Assembly: GCA_046330055.1 (NCBI GenBank)
Contig: JAXLTM010000002.1
Span: 56,144-120,143 of the forward strand
Length of the DNA: 64,000 bases
Origin: Bacteroidia bacterium
Lineage (GTDB): Bacteria; Bacteroidota; Bacteroidia; AKYH767-A; 2013-40CM-41-45
Direction: 5' to 3'
Part shown: piece by piece, positions 37,511 through 47,150 of the stretch
How positions within the stretch are numbered: the first letter of the stretch is position 1
How the letters are laid out: every line of letters begins with the position of its first letter
Notes under the pieces: generated by a model
What the model saw: only the letters and a program-made list of their open reading frames with translations
What the model was told of the DNA's origin: nothing
The model's database searches: none
Made by a program: the position numbers and the translations under genes

Positions 37511-37537
37511 GGCTGAAAAATACTAAAAAAACAGGAA

Positions 37538-38533
37538 TCAGCGGTTTTTCATGAAGTCAAATACCGTTTGTCCGGTCGTGCTAAGGATCTCTTTCAGTTT
37601 ATTCTGATCTGCACCTCTGGACATTACAGTTAGCAAAAACGGACGGTCTTTTAAATAGACGATTCCTGATTCATGCCATTGAAGGTCGGCGCCGATAAAG
37701 CGCTCACCAAATTTATGAGCAACCTTTGTGTTTTTGGGAATGTACTTTGCAATGCCTTCTTTGAATTTGCTTTGAGACAATAAGTTTAATGCATATTCAG
37801 AGTTTTGCTGATTTAAATACGATGAATTGAATAATACGCGGAACAGTCTGCTGTATTTTGAAGCAGTAATAGGGTAATCCTTCTGTCCCAATTCCGGCAG
37901 TGTAAATTGAATTTCCTGAAGAAATGCAAAGTAGGTTGTGAAATTTGTTTGTGTACCGAGTAGGGCAGTTGCATCATTGTCGGAATCAATGATCATCTTT
38001 TCAAGTAGCTCGCGGATTGAGTAGTCTTTACCCGGTTGCAATGGAGACGCCACGATAGTTTGGGAAGGCAGCTCAGAAAAGTGTTTTTCGAAAAAAACTC
38101 TCCTTTCAAGTACAGATTTATCTTTTTCGGAATCCTTCAGCATTGAGATGAGTGTGATAATCTTTAACATGCTTCCCGGGCTGTATTCTTCGTTCGGATT
38201 TATGCTCATCCATTTTCCGTAATTCAGATCTCTCAGGTAAACAGAAACTGATTGAATACTCCCGTTTCCTTTTTCTGCCGAATAATAGTTCTCCAGCATG
38301 TTCTTGAGTGTTGCAAAAGAGGGATCCTCCTCAGGAGTCTCAATCATCATCAACGGCTTTATGAACTCATACTGAGTATTTCGAATAAGTTCAATTTCTG
38401 CTGGTTTTTTTTCAACGATATTTTCCTTTTGAGGAGCCTTTTTAAGAAAAAAGTAGGAAATTGCAACTGTAATAGCAGTGACTAAAAGCAATACAATATA
38501 AAGCGGAATTTTTTTCCTGAAGAATTCTGTCAT
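37538..38533 (-). CDS. class A beta-lactamase-related serine hydrolase
   Basis: SxxK (SMLK), SDN (IIDSDNDAT) and a KTG-like box (HKFGE), with an N-terminal membrane anchor. Confidence 0.55.
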   Translation of the reverse strand: MTEFFRKKIPLYIVLLLVTAITVAISYFFLKKAPQKENIVEKKPAEIELIRNTQYEFIKPLMMIETPEEDPSFATLKNMLENYYSAEKGNGSIQSVSVYLRDLNYGKWMSINPNEEYSPGSMLKIITLISMLKDSEKDKSVLERRVFFEKHFSELPSQTIVASPLQPGKDYSIRELLEKMIIDSDNDATALLGTQTNFTTYFAFLQEIQFTLPELGQKDYPITASKYSRLFRVLFNSSYLNQQNSEYALNLLSQSKFKEGIAKYIPKNTKVAHKFGERFIGADLQWHESGIVYLKDRPFLLTVMSRGADQNKLKEILSTTGQTVFDFMKNR

Positions 38534-38625
38534 GTTGTGTTACAAAGGGGTTGCAATTTAATACAACTATCAGAAACATACATGATTTTTGTCGTTAAAT
38601 TTCCATCATTCACCGATGAAATAAC

Positions 38626-41121
38626 TTGTTGACCGTGAACGACATATATATCGACGTACTCTTGCCTCTACCGGTTTCCGGGCTTTTTACATATAAGGTA
38701 CCCGTTATTTTTTCTTCTGAGATAAAATCCGGCAAGAGAGTCATTGTCCCTTTTGGTAAGCAAAAGATTTACAGTGCACTTGTTGTTCATGTTCATGATA
38801 CTCATCCTGACCCGGAATCGTTGAAAGAAATTCAGGCTGTTCTGGATGAAAAGCCTGTTGTAAATGAGAAACAATTCGAATTCTGGGAATGGATGGCCGG
38901 TTACTATATGTGCACTCAGGGCGAAGTCATGAATAGTGCTTTACCACCGGCTTTGAAGCTGACCAGCGAAACGCATGTCATGCTGGCTTTTGATCCGGAA
39001 CAGGAACAACTCGATTTGTCTCCTCAGGAACAAACGATAGTTGATCATTTGCTGGAGAAAAAGGAAATGTCGATTGAAGAAATCGGCAAAGTTCTCCGAA
39101 GGTCATCTGTACACCAGATTCTTAAAAGGGCATTTGATAAAGGGATTGTACTGATGACAGAAGAAATTCATCAGCGCTATAAACCGAAGTTTGAATCCCG
39201 CCTCCGCCTTGCGGAAAATTATAAAAGCGAGTCTGAATTGTCAAACTTGTTTGACTCCTTTGCAAGTAATCCGAAAAAGGAAAAGCAACAAGAAGTGCTC
39301 ATGGTTTTCCTGAAGTATCTATATGAAGCAGAAGGAAGGGAATCGGTCAGGAAATCAGATATTACTTCATATCAGGGAATTTCCAAGAGTGCTCTTCAAA
39401 CGCTTATCAATAATGGTATTCTGAATGAGTTCGAGGTTCGAATTGACCGACTGAAGGAGTTCACAGGAATAGTTTCTGAACCTGCTGTGTTGTCGGACAT
39501 TCAAAAGGAGGCGTTCAATCAATTGAATGAGAGTTTCAAAAGCTTCCCTGTTAGTTTACTTCACGGCGTAACAGGAAGCGGGAAAACGGAAATTTATATT
39601 CACATCATAGCTGATTTGCTCAGTCAGGGCAAACAGGTTTTGTATCTCTTGCCTGAGATTGCATTAACCACACAAATTATCAGCAGGCTTCAAAAACATT
39701 TCGGTGATAAAGTGTTGGTTTATCATTCACGTTATTCATCGAATGAAAGAGTGGAGACGTGGAATAAGGTTCTGGCTTATCATAACAACGAATCACCTAA
39801 ACATGGTCAGATAATTCTGGGTGCCCGCTCTGCATTGTTTCTTCCTTTCTCAAATCTCGGATTGGTCGTTGTTGATGAAGAGCATGATTCGAGCTACAAA
39901 CAGAATGATCCTGCACCACGATATAATGGCCGCGATTCAGCAATTGTCCTGGCACGACTCTTTGGGGCAAAGACTATTCTTGGTTCTGCCACACCGTCAA
40001 TGGAATCTTATTTTAATGCCTCCACAGGTAAATTCGGTATCGTTGAGGTAAAAGAACGATTCGGAGGAATTGAACTTCCCGAAATTGAAATTGCCGATAT
40101 CCGTGAAGCACGGCGTAAGAAAGTAATGAAATCGATTTTCACTCCTCTGTTGCTGACAGAAATTAAATCTGCATTCGACAAAAAAGAGCAGGTAATTCTG
40201 TTTCAAAACCGAAGAGGATTCTCGCCATTCATAGAATGTCGTCAGTGTAATTGGATTCCGCATTGCAGGAATTGCTCGGTAACTCTTACTTATCATAAAC
40301 AAAGCAATGCTTTGAAATGTCATTACTGCGGATACTTTGAAGCTCTGCCGGGGAATTGCCCGAATTGCGGCGACTACCATCTTGAAGTGAAAGGATTTGG
40401 TACAGAAAAAATAGAAGAAGAAACTCAGGTCTTTTTTCCTGATGCTAAAATTGCCAGAATGGATCTGGATGCGACCAGAACGCGTTCGTCTTTCCAAAGA
40501 GTTATCGCCGATTTTGAAGCGAGACAAATTGATATTCTTGTTGGCACACAGATGGTGACCAAGGGTCTCGACTTCGATAATGTGAGTACCGTAGGAATTA
40601 TTAACGCTGATCAATTATTGAACTTCCCTGATTTCCGTGCATTTGAAAGAAGTTATCAACTGATGTCGCAGGTAAGCGGACGGTCCGGTCGAAAATTGAA
40701 AAGGGGTAAGGTGATCATTCAGACAACACAGCCTGATCATTGGGTGATTAAAGAAGTAGTTCGTCATAATTATCAGGGATTCTATAATCGGGACCTGCAC
40801 GAACGGGCAAGATTTGGTTATCCGCCTCACAATCGATTAATAGAAATAAATCTTCGTCACCGCGATTCTGAGATTGTTGAAAATGCAGCGAATCACTTTG
40901 CTGTAGGATTGAAAAATCTTTTGGGAAACAGAGTAACCGGCCCGCATCTTCCGGTAATTTCCAGAATCAGAAACCAGTTTTACAGAACCATTCTTGTGAA
41001 ATTGGAAAAGTCTGTTTCGTCATCGGAGATCAAAGAAAAAATCCGGATCGGAATGGCGGGGCTATATGCTCACCGGGAGTTTCACGGTGTTCAGACATTG
41101 ATTGATGTAGATCCGGATTGA
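38626..41121 (+). CDS. priA: primosomal protein N' (replication restart helicase PriA)
   Basis: Walker A motif GVTGSGKTEIYI, DEEHDSSYKQ (DExH), the Cys-rich zinc-binding region CRQCNWIPHCRNCSVTLTYHK...CHYCGYFEALPGNCPNCG, and helicase C motifs. The gene has a TTG or GTG start. Confidence 0.9.
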   Translation: MLTVNDIYIDVLLPLPVSGLFTYKVPVIFSSEIKSGKRVIVPFGKQKIYSALVVHVHDTHPDPESLKEIQAVLDEKPVVNEKQFEFWEWMAGYYMCTQGEVMNSALPPALKLTSETHVMLAFDPEQEQLDLSPQEQTIVDHLLEKKEMSIEEIGKVLRRSSVHQILKRAFDKGIVLMTEEIHQRYKPKFESRLRLAENYKSESELSNLFDSFASNPKKEKQQEVLMVFLKYLYEAEGRESVRKSDITSYQGISKSALQTLINNGILNEFEVRIDRLKEFTGIVSEPAVLSDIQKEAFNQLNESFKSFPVSLLHGVTGSGKTEIYIHIIADLLSQGKQVLYLLPEIALTTQIISRLQKHFGDKVLVYHSRYSSNERVETWNKVLAYHNNESPKHGQIILGARSALFLPFSNLGLVVVDEEHDSSYKQNDPAPRYNGRDSAIVLARLFGAKTILGSATPSMESYFNASTGKFGIVEVKERFGGIELPEIEIADIREARRKKVMKSIFTPLLLTEIKSAFDKKEQVILFQNRRGFSPFIECRQCNWIPHCRNCSVTLTYHKQSNALKCHYCGYFEALPGNCPNCGDYHLEVKGFGTEKIEEETQVFFPDAKIARMDLDATRTRSSFQRVIADFEARQIDILVGTQMVTKGLDFDNVSTVGIINADQLLNFPDFRAFERSYQLMSQVSGRSGRKLKRGKVIIQTTQPDHWVIKEVVRHNYQGFYNRDLHERARFGYPPHNRLIEINLRHRDSEIVENAANHFAVGLKNLLGNRVTGPHLPVISRIRNQFYRTILVKLEKSVSSSEIKEKIRIGMAGLYAHREFHGVQTLIDVDPD

Positions 41122-41149
41122 CAAGCAATCGATCCTAAGAATCAAGTGC

Positions 41150-41192
41150 AAAAAAAAACTGCAACCGGTACAAGACTGATTGCAGTTTCTTT
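41150..41192. terminator. bidirectional rho-independent terminator between convergent priA and the PKD adhesin gene
   Basis: A-run, stem ctgcaa...ttgcag, then a T-run. Confidence 0.6.
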
Positions 41193-41205
41193 ATAACAAA
41201 TACGC

Positions 41206-44200
41206 TTATTCTTTTTTCCTTCGGATCAGTTCAATCCATCCGTGTAATTCTCCACTCTTGACATTCATGATGTAATAGTAAGTGCCTTCAGAGGCTTCTA
41301 CGCCGTCATCAGTCATTCCATTCCATCTGAAATCAGGATCATTGGATTCATACATTTTTTTACCCCAACGGTTAAAAATGATGATGCGAAAATTCTGGTA
41401 TGGGCAAATGTCTTTTACATAGAAGAAGTCATTCTTTCCATCGCCGGAAGAACCATCTGCATAAGCAGGAGTAAAGACGTTAGGAATAGTATCCATTTTA
41501 TCTTCACACGGACAGTAATCAACATAAACTGAATCGGCAGCGGAACAACCAATCAATCCATAGCCAACTTCAACAGAATAATAACCTGATTGCCCGTTGG
41601 CAGAAAGATAGAATGTACCGGGAGTTGGGCCATTCACGGCAATTCCGGAAGGATACCAGGTATAGCTGTAAGGTGCATTACTACCCGGATCAGTGATTTG
41701 TACGGAAACCAATGTACTGTCACCATCTTTCATACAAGTAAGGAAAGACGAATCAATGTCTGCTGTAACAATTGAAGTTACTGTTACATCGCCAACACTG
41801 TCAGCAGGAATGTAGCAGAAGGAATTTGAAAGCTGGAAGCCGAGATACAATTGCGGAGTAAAGGTTCCGACAGAAGTATAAATGTGATTGATATTGATCT
41901 GTGAAGTGTTATCGATTACTGTACCGTCTCCAAAGTCCCAGGCGTAAGTTGAAGCACCCGTTGCTGTTCCTGTGAAGGCAACACTCAGCGGACGACAACC
42001 GGTTGAAGGTGTAAAGGCGAATGTTCCAACCGGTCTTGAGATGACAACAGCATCGCTGTCGTAGGCGAAGTCAGTACAACCAAACTGATTGGTTACCGTA
42101 ACTGAAGCCGGGTAGGTTCCCGGAGGAACATTGTAGGTGAAGTTAAAATCAGGGCTGGTGTTGATGGTTTGATATACCGTTACATCCCAATTATACGTAC
42201 TGGCATACTGTGACGAATCAACATGGAAGTTGGCCACAATAATGGCTTGCTTAACGCCATTGCTTCCGGTCACACAGCTATCGGTAATGGTTGTCGTGAA
42301 AGCTGCAGGTGTTGTCCAGATAAAAATATTCTGATCTGTAGAATCGACACAACCATTTCCATCGGTTACAACAAGGTGTACAGGATACAATCCGTTTTGA
42401 GAGTACGTATGTGTTGTCTGACCATTCGTTGTCGAACCGGTTCCGCCGTCTCCGTATGTCCAATCGTAGGTGATCGGCGTAGAGGCTCCCGCACCGGCGC
42501 TACCGAAAATTTGTTGAGGTGTATTCCGGCAACCTGTTGTATCGGCAGTGGAAATGCTGGCCGTCGGTCGCGAAGGGTGAACGTAATTTGGAGCAGTGTA
42601 AGAGTTAGAACATCCATTGGCATCTACCACCGTGAGTGTGATATTGTAATTGCCCGGAGTGGAATAACTGTGCGATACATCGCCTACAGCCGAAGTCGTA
42701 TCACCGCTGCCGGTTCCATAGTTCCAGATCCAGCTTGTAATTGCTGAGCCTTCGGTTAAACTGGTATCATTGAAGTTCACGTTTACCGGCGTGCAACCTG
42801 TCAGAGGTGAAGCACTAAAGCCGGCTGTTGGCCCGATAATGTGAACGGTCTGGGTGTCTACTTTAACACATCCATGAACGTCGGTAACCGTCAGTGTAAC
42901 CAGATAGTAGCCCGGACGATTGTAAATGTGTAAAGTGTCAGCCGTATGTGATGTGTCTCTTACGCCGGCAATGCCTTCTCCAAATGTCCAGACAAGCGAC
43001 GCTACATCCTGTGAACCGCTGCCAATAGCATTAATGATTGCTGTGTGACAGGCGATTGTAGTATCCAAATTCATTACTGCTGAAGGATTGGTGATCACAA
43101 CAGGCAGAATGGTATCAACAACACAACCGGTAGTTGTACTTGTAGCAGTCAGTGTAATATTGTATCCGCCTGTGTTAGCATAGGTATGCGAAGGGCTCGT
43201 TGCAGTTGAAGTTGAACTTCCGTCACCGAAATCCCAGAGATAGCTGGTTGCTCCACCGCTAAGATTGGTCAAAGCAACATCGAATGGTGTAGAACAATCG
43301 TATGCAATTGAGAAGAATGGCAAAGGTGAAAGAACAGTAATTAAATCCTGTTGTCTCATCGTATCAGGGCAACCATTGTAAAATGCGATAAGTTGCACAT
43401 CAAATGGATCTGCAGTTCCTGAAGTATCCAGGTTGTATTGATGATTCGGGTTCTGTTCTGTTGAACCTCCGCCATCACCAAATGACCAAAGCCAGCCTGT
43501 GATCGGTGCAGGGTTAGACAGGTCAGTAAACTGAACATTTTCCTGAAAACAGATTTGAAGCGGAGTAGCAGAGAAGTTCGCATTCGGCTGTGTACCGATT
43601 TTAATAAATGCTGCCTGCGTTAATGTTTCTGTGCAACCAGTAGCCGTATGAATGGTCAAGGTAACATCGAAAATTCCGACACTGTTGAATTGATGGGTAG
43701 TAGTGGGAGTGTTCACACTGACAGTTCCTGTTCCGTCGCCAAAATCCCAGTCGTAAGACGTAATATTTGGATCAGCAGGAGAAATTACAGAGGCATTGAA
43801 GGTGAAAGTAGAGCCCACACAACCACTGTCAGGTCGGGTAAAGTTGATGATTGGTTCTATCAGCTGAATGTACTGCTGACGCGTAATTGAATCAGTACAT
43901 CCATTGGCATCCTGAACAATCAGGGATACATTATAGATGCCGAATGAGTTATAGGTATGTGACGGATTCTGAAGAGTTGAAGTGTTATTTCCTGCACTTC
44001 CCGGATCACCAAAATTCCATGCCCATGAAGTGATATTGCTTACGGTATCGCTGAATGTCACAGTATAAGGAACCTGACAAGCACTGGTTGAATTGGTGGC
44101 GAAGAATGATGCAGTAGGGTTTGGATAAACAGTAACCGTGTGTGTGGCCGACGATGTGCAGGATCCTGCAGAAGCAGTCATGGTTACGGTGTATGTACCA

Positions 44201-45204
44201 GGATTGGCATAAATATGATTTGGTGTCTGAGCAGTAGATGTGCCGCCATCTCCGAATGTCCAAACTACGGGCGCGCCGGAAGGCGTTGTTGTATTGGTGA
44301 AGAAGACAGAAGTTCCAAGACAGACTGTCGAATCAACCATCGTAAATGAAGCAACAGGAGGCTGAATATTCAGGGTCATTGTATCCGTAGAAGAACAGCT
44401 ACCTACGCCGGCTACCAGCGTCACAAGATATGATCCGTTGGCATTGAAGGTATGGGATGGATTGGCAAGAGTAGAAGTATTGTTGGCTCCGCTAGATGCA
44501 TCTCCGAAATTCCATGAATAAATATTTGTATTGGTAGAATTATTCTGGAAAGTCACAGTTACAGGAACTGTACAACCTGACAAACTTGCAATGCCGAAAT
44601 CTGCGTGAGCAATCGGAAGCACATGAACATCTGCATTCACCGTTGAGTTACAACCATTGCCATCGATTACTGTAAGATTCGGTGAAATATCATCGATGTT
44701 GCTGCCAAGATTCACATAAACGTGAGTCGTTCCCGGGGTAGTAGTAGTCTGACTTTGTGATCCGTCGTTGAATGACCATGTATACTGAGTAATAGATGCA
44801 TCACCCGGTGTTGAAGTACTTGCAAAAGTTACCGTTCCGCCTGAGCAAATGGAATCAGGTGTTATAGTGAAACTTGCTGTAGGCCCACGAAATACAGTGA
44901 TGTAACTTGTTTTTGTTTCAACATCTGATCCTGAACCACCGCTTGCTGTAAGCGTAACATCATATGTTCCGGGGTTAGCATAGTTATGTGACGGATTTTG
45001 CTGTGTAGAAGAGTTGCCATCACCAAAATCCCAGTTCCAAGATGTCGGATTACCGGTTGAAGCATCCGTAAAATTGATGAGGACCGGAGAGCATCCGGAA
45101 GTAACATTAGCAGTAAACTGAGCGGTAATCTGTGCCTTGCTTTCATTTGCGTACAAAGCAAAAACGGTCAGTACAAGAATCCATCTTGTAAAAATTAACT
45201 TCAT
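41206..45204 (-). CDS. 1332-aa PKD-repeat surface protein with a C-terminal T9SS type-B sorting domain (gliding-motility-associated C-terminal domain)
   Basis: Many PKD-like repeats (e.g. CSPVLINFTDASTGNPTSWNWDFGDGNSSTQQNPSHNYANPGTYDVTLTA) and the C-terminus IPNVFTPAYADGSSGDGKNDFFYVK...RIIIFNRWGKKMYES...WNGM...GTYYY. Confidence 0.85.
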   Translation of the reverse strand: MKLIFTRWILVLTVFALYANESKAQITAQFTANVTSGCSPVLINFTDASTGNPTSWNWDFGDGNSSTQQNPSHNYANPGTYDVTLTASGGSGSDVETKTSYITVFRGPTASFTITPDSICSGGTVTFASTSTPGDASITQYTWSFNDGSQSQTTTTPGTTHVYVNLGSNIDDISPNLTVIDGNGCNSTVNADVHVLPIAHADFGIASLSGCTVPVTVTFQNNSTNTNIYSWNFGDASSGANNTSTLANPSHTFNANGSYLVTLVAGVGSCSSTDTMTLNIQPPVASFTMVDSTVCLGTSVFFTNTTTPSGAPVVWTFGDGGTSTAQTPNHIYANPGTYTVTMTASAGSCTSSATHTVTVYPNPTASFFATNSTSACQVPYTVTFSDTVSNITSWAWNFGDPGSAGNNTSTLQNPSHTYNSFGIYNVSLIVQDANGCTDSITRQQYIQLIEPIINFTRPDSGCVGSTFTFNASVISPADPNITSYDWDFGDGTGTVSVNTPTTTHQFNSVGIFDVTLTIHTATGCTETLTQAAFIKIGTQPNANFSATPLQICFQENVQFTDLSNPAPITGWLWSFGDGGGSTEQNPNHQYNLDTSGTADPFDVQLIAFYNGCPDTMRQQDLITVLSPLPFFSIAYDCSTPFDVALTNLSGGATSYLWDFGDGSSTSTATSPSHTYANTGGYNITLTATSTTTGCVVDTILPVVITNPSAVMNLDTTIACHTAIINAIGSGSQDVASLVWTFGEGIAGVRDTSHTADTLHIYNRPGYYLVTLTVTDVHGCVKVDTQTVHIIGPTAGFSASPLTGCTPVNVNFNDTSLTEGSAITSWIWNYGTGSGDTTSAVGDVSHSYSTPGNYNITLTVVDANGCSNSYTAPNYVHPSRPTASISTADTTGCRNTPQQIFGSAGAGASTPITYDWTYGDGGTGSTTNGQTTHTYSQNGLYPVHLVVTDGNGCVDSTDQNIFIWTTPAAFTTTITDSCVTGSNGVKQAIIVANFHVDSSQYASTYNWDVTVYQTINTSPDFNFTYNVPPGTYPASVTVTNQFGCTDFAYDSDAVVISRPVGTFAFTPSTGCRPLSVAFTGTATGASTYAWDFGDGTVIDNTSQININHIYTSVGTFTPQLYLGFQLSNSFCYIPADSVGDVTVTSIVTADIDSSFLTCMKDGDSTLVSVQITDPGSNAPYSYTWYPSGIAVNGPTPGTFYLSANGQSGYYSVEVGYGLIGCSAADSVYVDYCPCEDKMDTIPNVFTPAYADGSSGDGKNDFFYVKDICPYQNFRIIIFNRWGKKMYESNDPDFRWNGMTDDGVEASEGTYYYIMNVKSGELHGWIELIRRKKE

Positions 45205-45343
45205 GGTTTAGAAGGAGTTGTTTTTTAGATACGTTTCAAATGTAACAGAAAATTTCAAAACTCCACGTTTTTTAGCCAAAAACTGATAAGTCTTTCGGAT
45301 TAAGGGGGTTAGCTAACGGCAGATATAGCCTAATTTCTAATTG

Positions 45344-45428
45344 GTAAGTAGTAAGTAGTAATTAGTAAGTAGACTTTGTGTAGGAACTGTTGATGTACGA
45401 ATCTACTTTCTAATTACTACTTACTACT
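45344..45428. repeat. near-perfect 29-bp inverted repeat built from GTAAGTA/GTAATTA heptamers around a 31-nt loop (long hairpin)
   Basis: Left arm gtaagtagtaagtagtaattagtaagtag. Right arm ctactttctaattactacttactactttc, matching the left arm's reverse complement at 27 of 29 positions. Lies in the divergent spacer between the adhesin gene and tpiA. Confidence 0.8.
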
Positions 45429-45503
45429 TTCTTTCAAAATGCCATCGTTCATAACTCAACATTTTCTCACTCAATGCAATCGTAAATATTCTGAAATTGC
45501 GGT

Positions 45504-46283
45504 ATGAGAAAAAATATTGTCGCAGGGAATTGGAAAATGAATCTTTCTTATGCGGAAGCAATGAGTCTGGCTGATTCTCTTGTCAGTAAAGTCAGTGAAA
45601 CAATTACGAGTGATGTCATCCTGGCTGCTCCGTTCATTTACCTGCATGAACTGCTTAACAGAATTCAGGCGAATCCTAACTTTTACATTGCAGCTCAGAA
45701 TTGTTCTGATCGTGAAAAGGGTGCTTTTACAGGAGAAGTTTCGGCTGCCATGCTTGCCAGTATCGGAATTGAACATGCCATCATTGGCCATTCGGAACGA
45801 AGAAGTATCTATGGTGAAACAGATGAAATTCTTCGGAATAAAGTTCAACAGGCAATCGACAATGGGATCATCCCGGTTTTTTGTTGCGGTGAAAACCTGA
45901 ATGAGAGAAATTCAGGTCAACATTTTGATGTCGTAAAAAAGCAATTGCACAACGGTCTGTTCTTTCTGAATGAAAAGCAAATCCGTGAATGTATCATCGC
46001 TTACGAACCTGTATGGGCCATTGGTACGGGTGTAACTGCCACTTCTACACAGGCGCAGGAGATGCATAAATTTATTCGTACCCTACTTAATGAGAAATAT
46101 TCCGGTGAACTTTCAGAGGAGATTTCTATTCTCTACGGTGGCAGCGTTAATGCAGCGAATGCTGCCGAATTATTCGCTTGCCCGGATGTTGACGGCGGTC
46201 TTGTAGGCGGTGCTTCACTAAAAGGCGAAGAATTTATTTCCATTATCAACAGTATGGAAAAAATTGCTCTGTCAAAAAGTTAA
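45504..46283 (+). CDS. tpiA: triose-phosphate isomerase
   Basis: IVAGNWKMN, the active-site IIGHSERR and AYEPVWAIGTG. Confidence 0.9.
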   Translation: MRKNIVAGNWKMNLSYAEAMSLADSLVSKVSETITSDVILAAPFIYLHELLNRIQANPNFYIAAQNCSDREKGAFTGEVSAAMLASIGIEHAIIGHSERRSIYGETDEILRNKVQQAIDNGIIPVFCCGENLNERNSGQHFDVVKKQLHNGLFFLNEKQIRECIIAYEPVWAIGTGVTATSTQAQEMHKFIRTLLNEKYSGELSEEISILYGGSVNAANAAELFACPDVDGGLVGGASLKGEEFISIINSMEKIALSKS

Positions 46284-46316
46284 TTCCACAGTTCACACAC
46301 ACTTCAGCAACACTGA

Positions 46317-47150
46317 ATGAACTATATTGAAGTTAGTTTCAAAAATCCAAAAGAACTCAACGACGTTATCATTGCCTATGCCGGTGAAAACGGATTTGAA
46401 ATGTTTGAAGAATCCGAAAGCGGATTGAATGCATATATCCCGGAAAAAATATTCTCCGAAGCTGTACTGCAAGAAATGCTCAGCTCGGTTCCGGATAATG
46501 AGAATATCTCTTATTCTTTTACGTTAATCGAAGACAGAAACTGGAACAAGGAATGGGAATCGAATTTCTCTCCGGTACTAATCGATAAAGACGTCTACAT
46601 CCGCGCTCCTTTTCATGAACATCTTGATGGTTTCAAACATGAAATCATCATCGAGCCGAAAATGTCATTCGGAACAGGACATCATGAAACAACAGAGTTG
46701 ATGATTCGTCTGATGCTCGATCTTGATTTCAAAAACAAAACTGTTCTTGATATGGGATGCGGCAGTGGAATCCTGGCAATTCTGGCTTATCAAAAGGGAG
46801 CGATGCAGATTACGGCAGTAGACTTTGATGACTGGGCCTATGAAAACTGCCTTGAAAATTGTGCCCGAAATCATGCCTCTTCAATTATCGTTGCACAGGG
46901 AAATGTTTCGATCATTAAAATGATGAACTTTGATATCATCCTTGCAAATATCAATCGCAATGTTTTACTGGCCGATTCGGCAGAGTATGTAAATTCTCTG
47001 AGAGCAGGCGGACTTTTGCTGCAGAGCGGATTTTTGCATGAGGATGAAAACCTGCTTCTCGGGCATGCACAATCATTGGGATTAAATCACCTTAAAACAA
47101 TCAGAAAAGAAAGATGGTCAGCAATGGCTTTCACAAAAGCGATTCAATGA
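46317..47150 (+). CDS. prmA: ribosomal protein L11 methyltransferase
   Basis: FGTGHHETT...VLDMGCGSGILAI... are PrmA motifs. Confidence 0.85.
   Translation: MNYIEVSFKNPKELNDVIIAYAGENGFEMFEESESGLNAYIPEKIFSEAVLQEMLSSVPDNENISYSFTLIEDRNWNKEWESNFSPVLIDKDVYIRAPFHEHLDGFKHEIIIEPKMSFGTGHHETTELMIRLMLDLDFKNKTVLDMGCGSGILAILAYQKGAMQITAVDFDDWAYENCLENCARNHASSIIVAQGNVSIIKMMNFDIILANINRNVLLADSAEYVNSLRAGGLLLQSGFLHEDENLLLGHAQSLGLNHLKTIRKERWSAMAFTKAIQ

Noticed and set aside
42223-44349. Alternate-frame ORFs inside the PKD adhesin gene (for example 42223..42747 and 44140..44349)
   Set aside because: The main minus-strand frame has repeated PKD motifs. The others are Cys/Arg-rich nonsense typical of off-frame GC-biased repeats.
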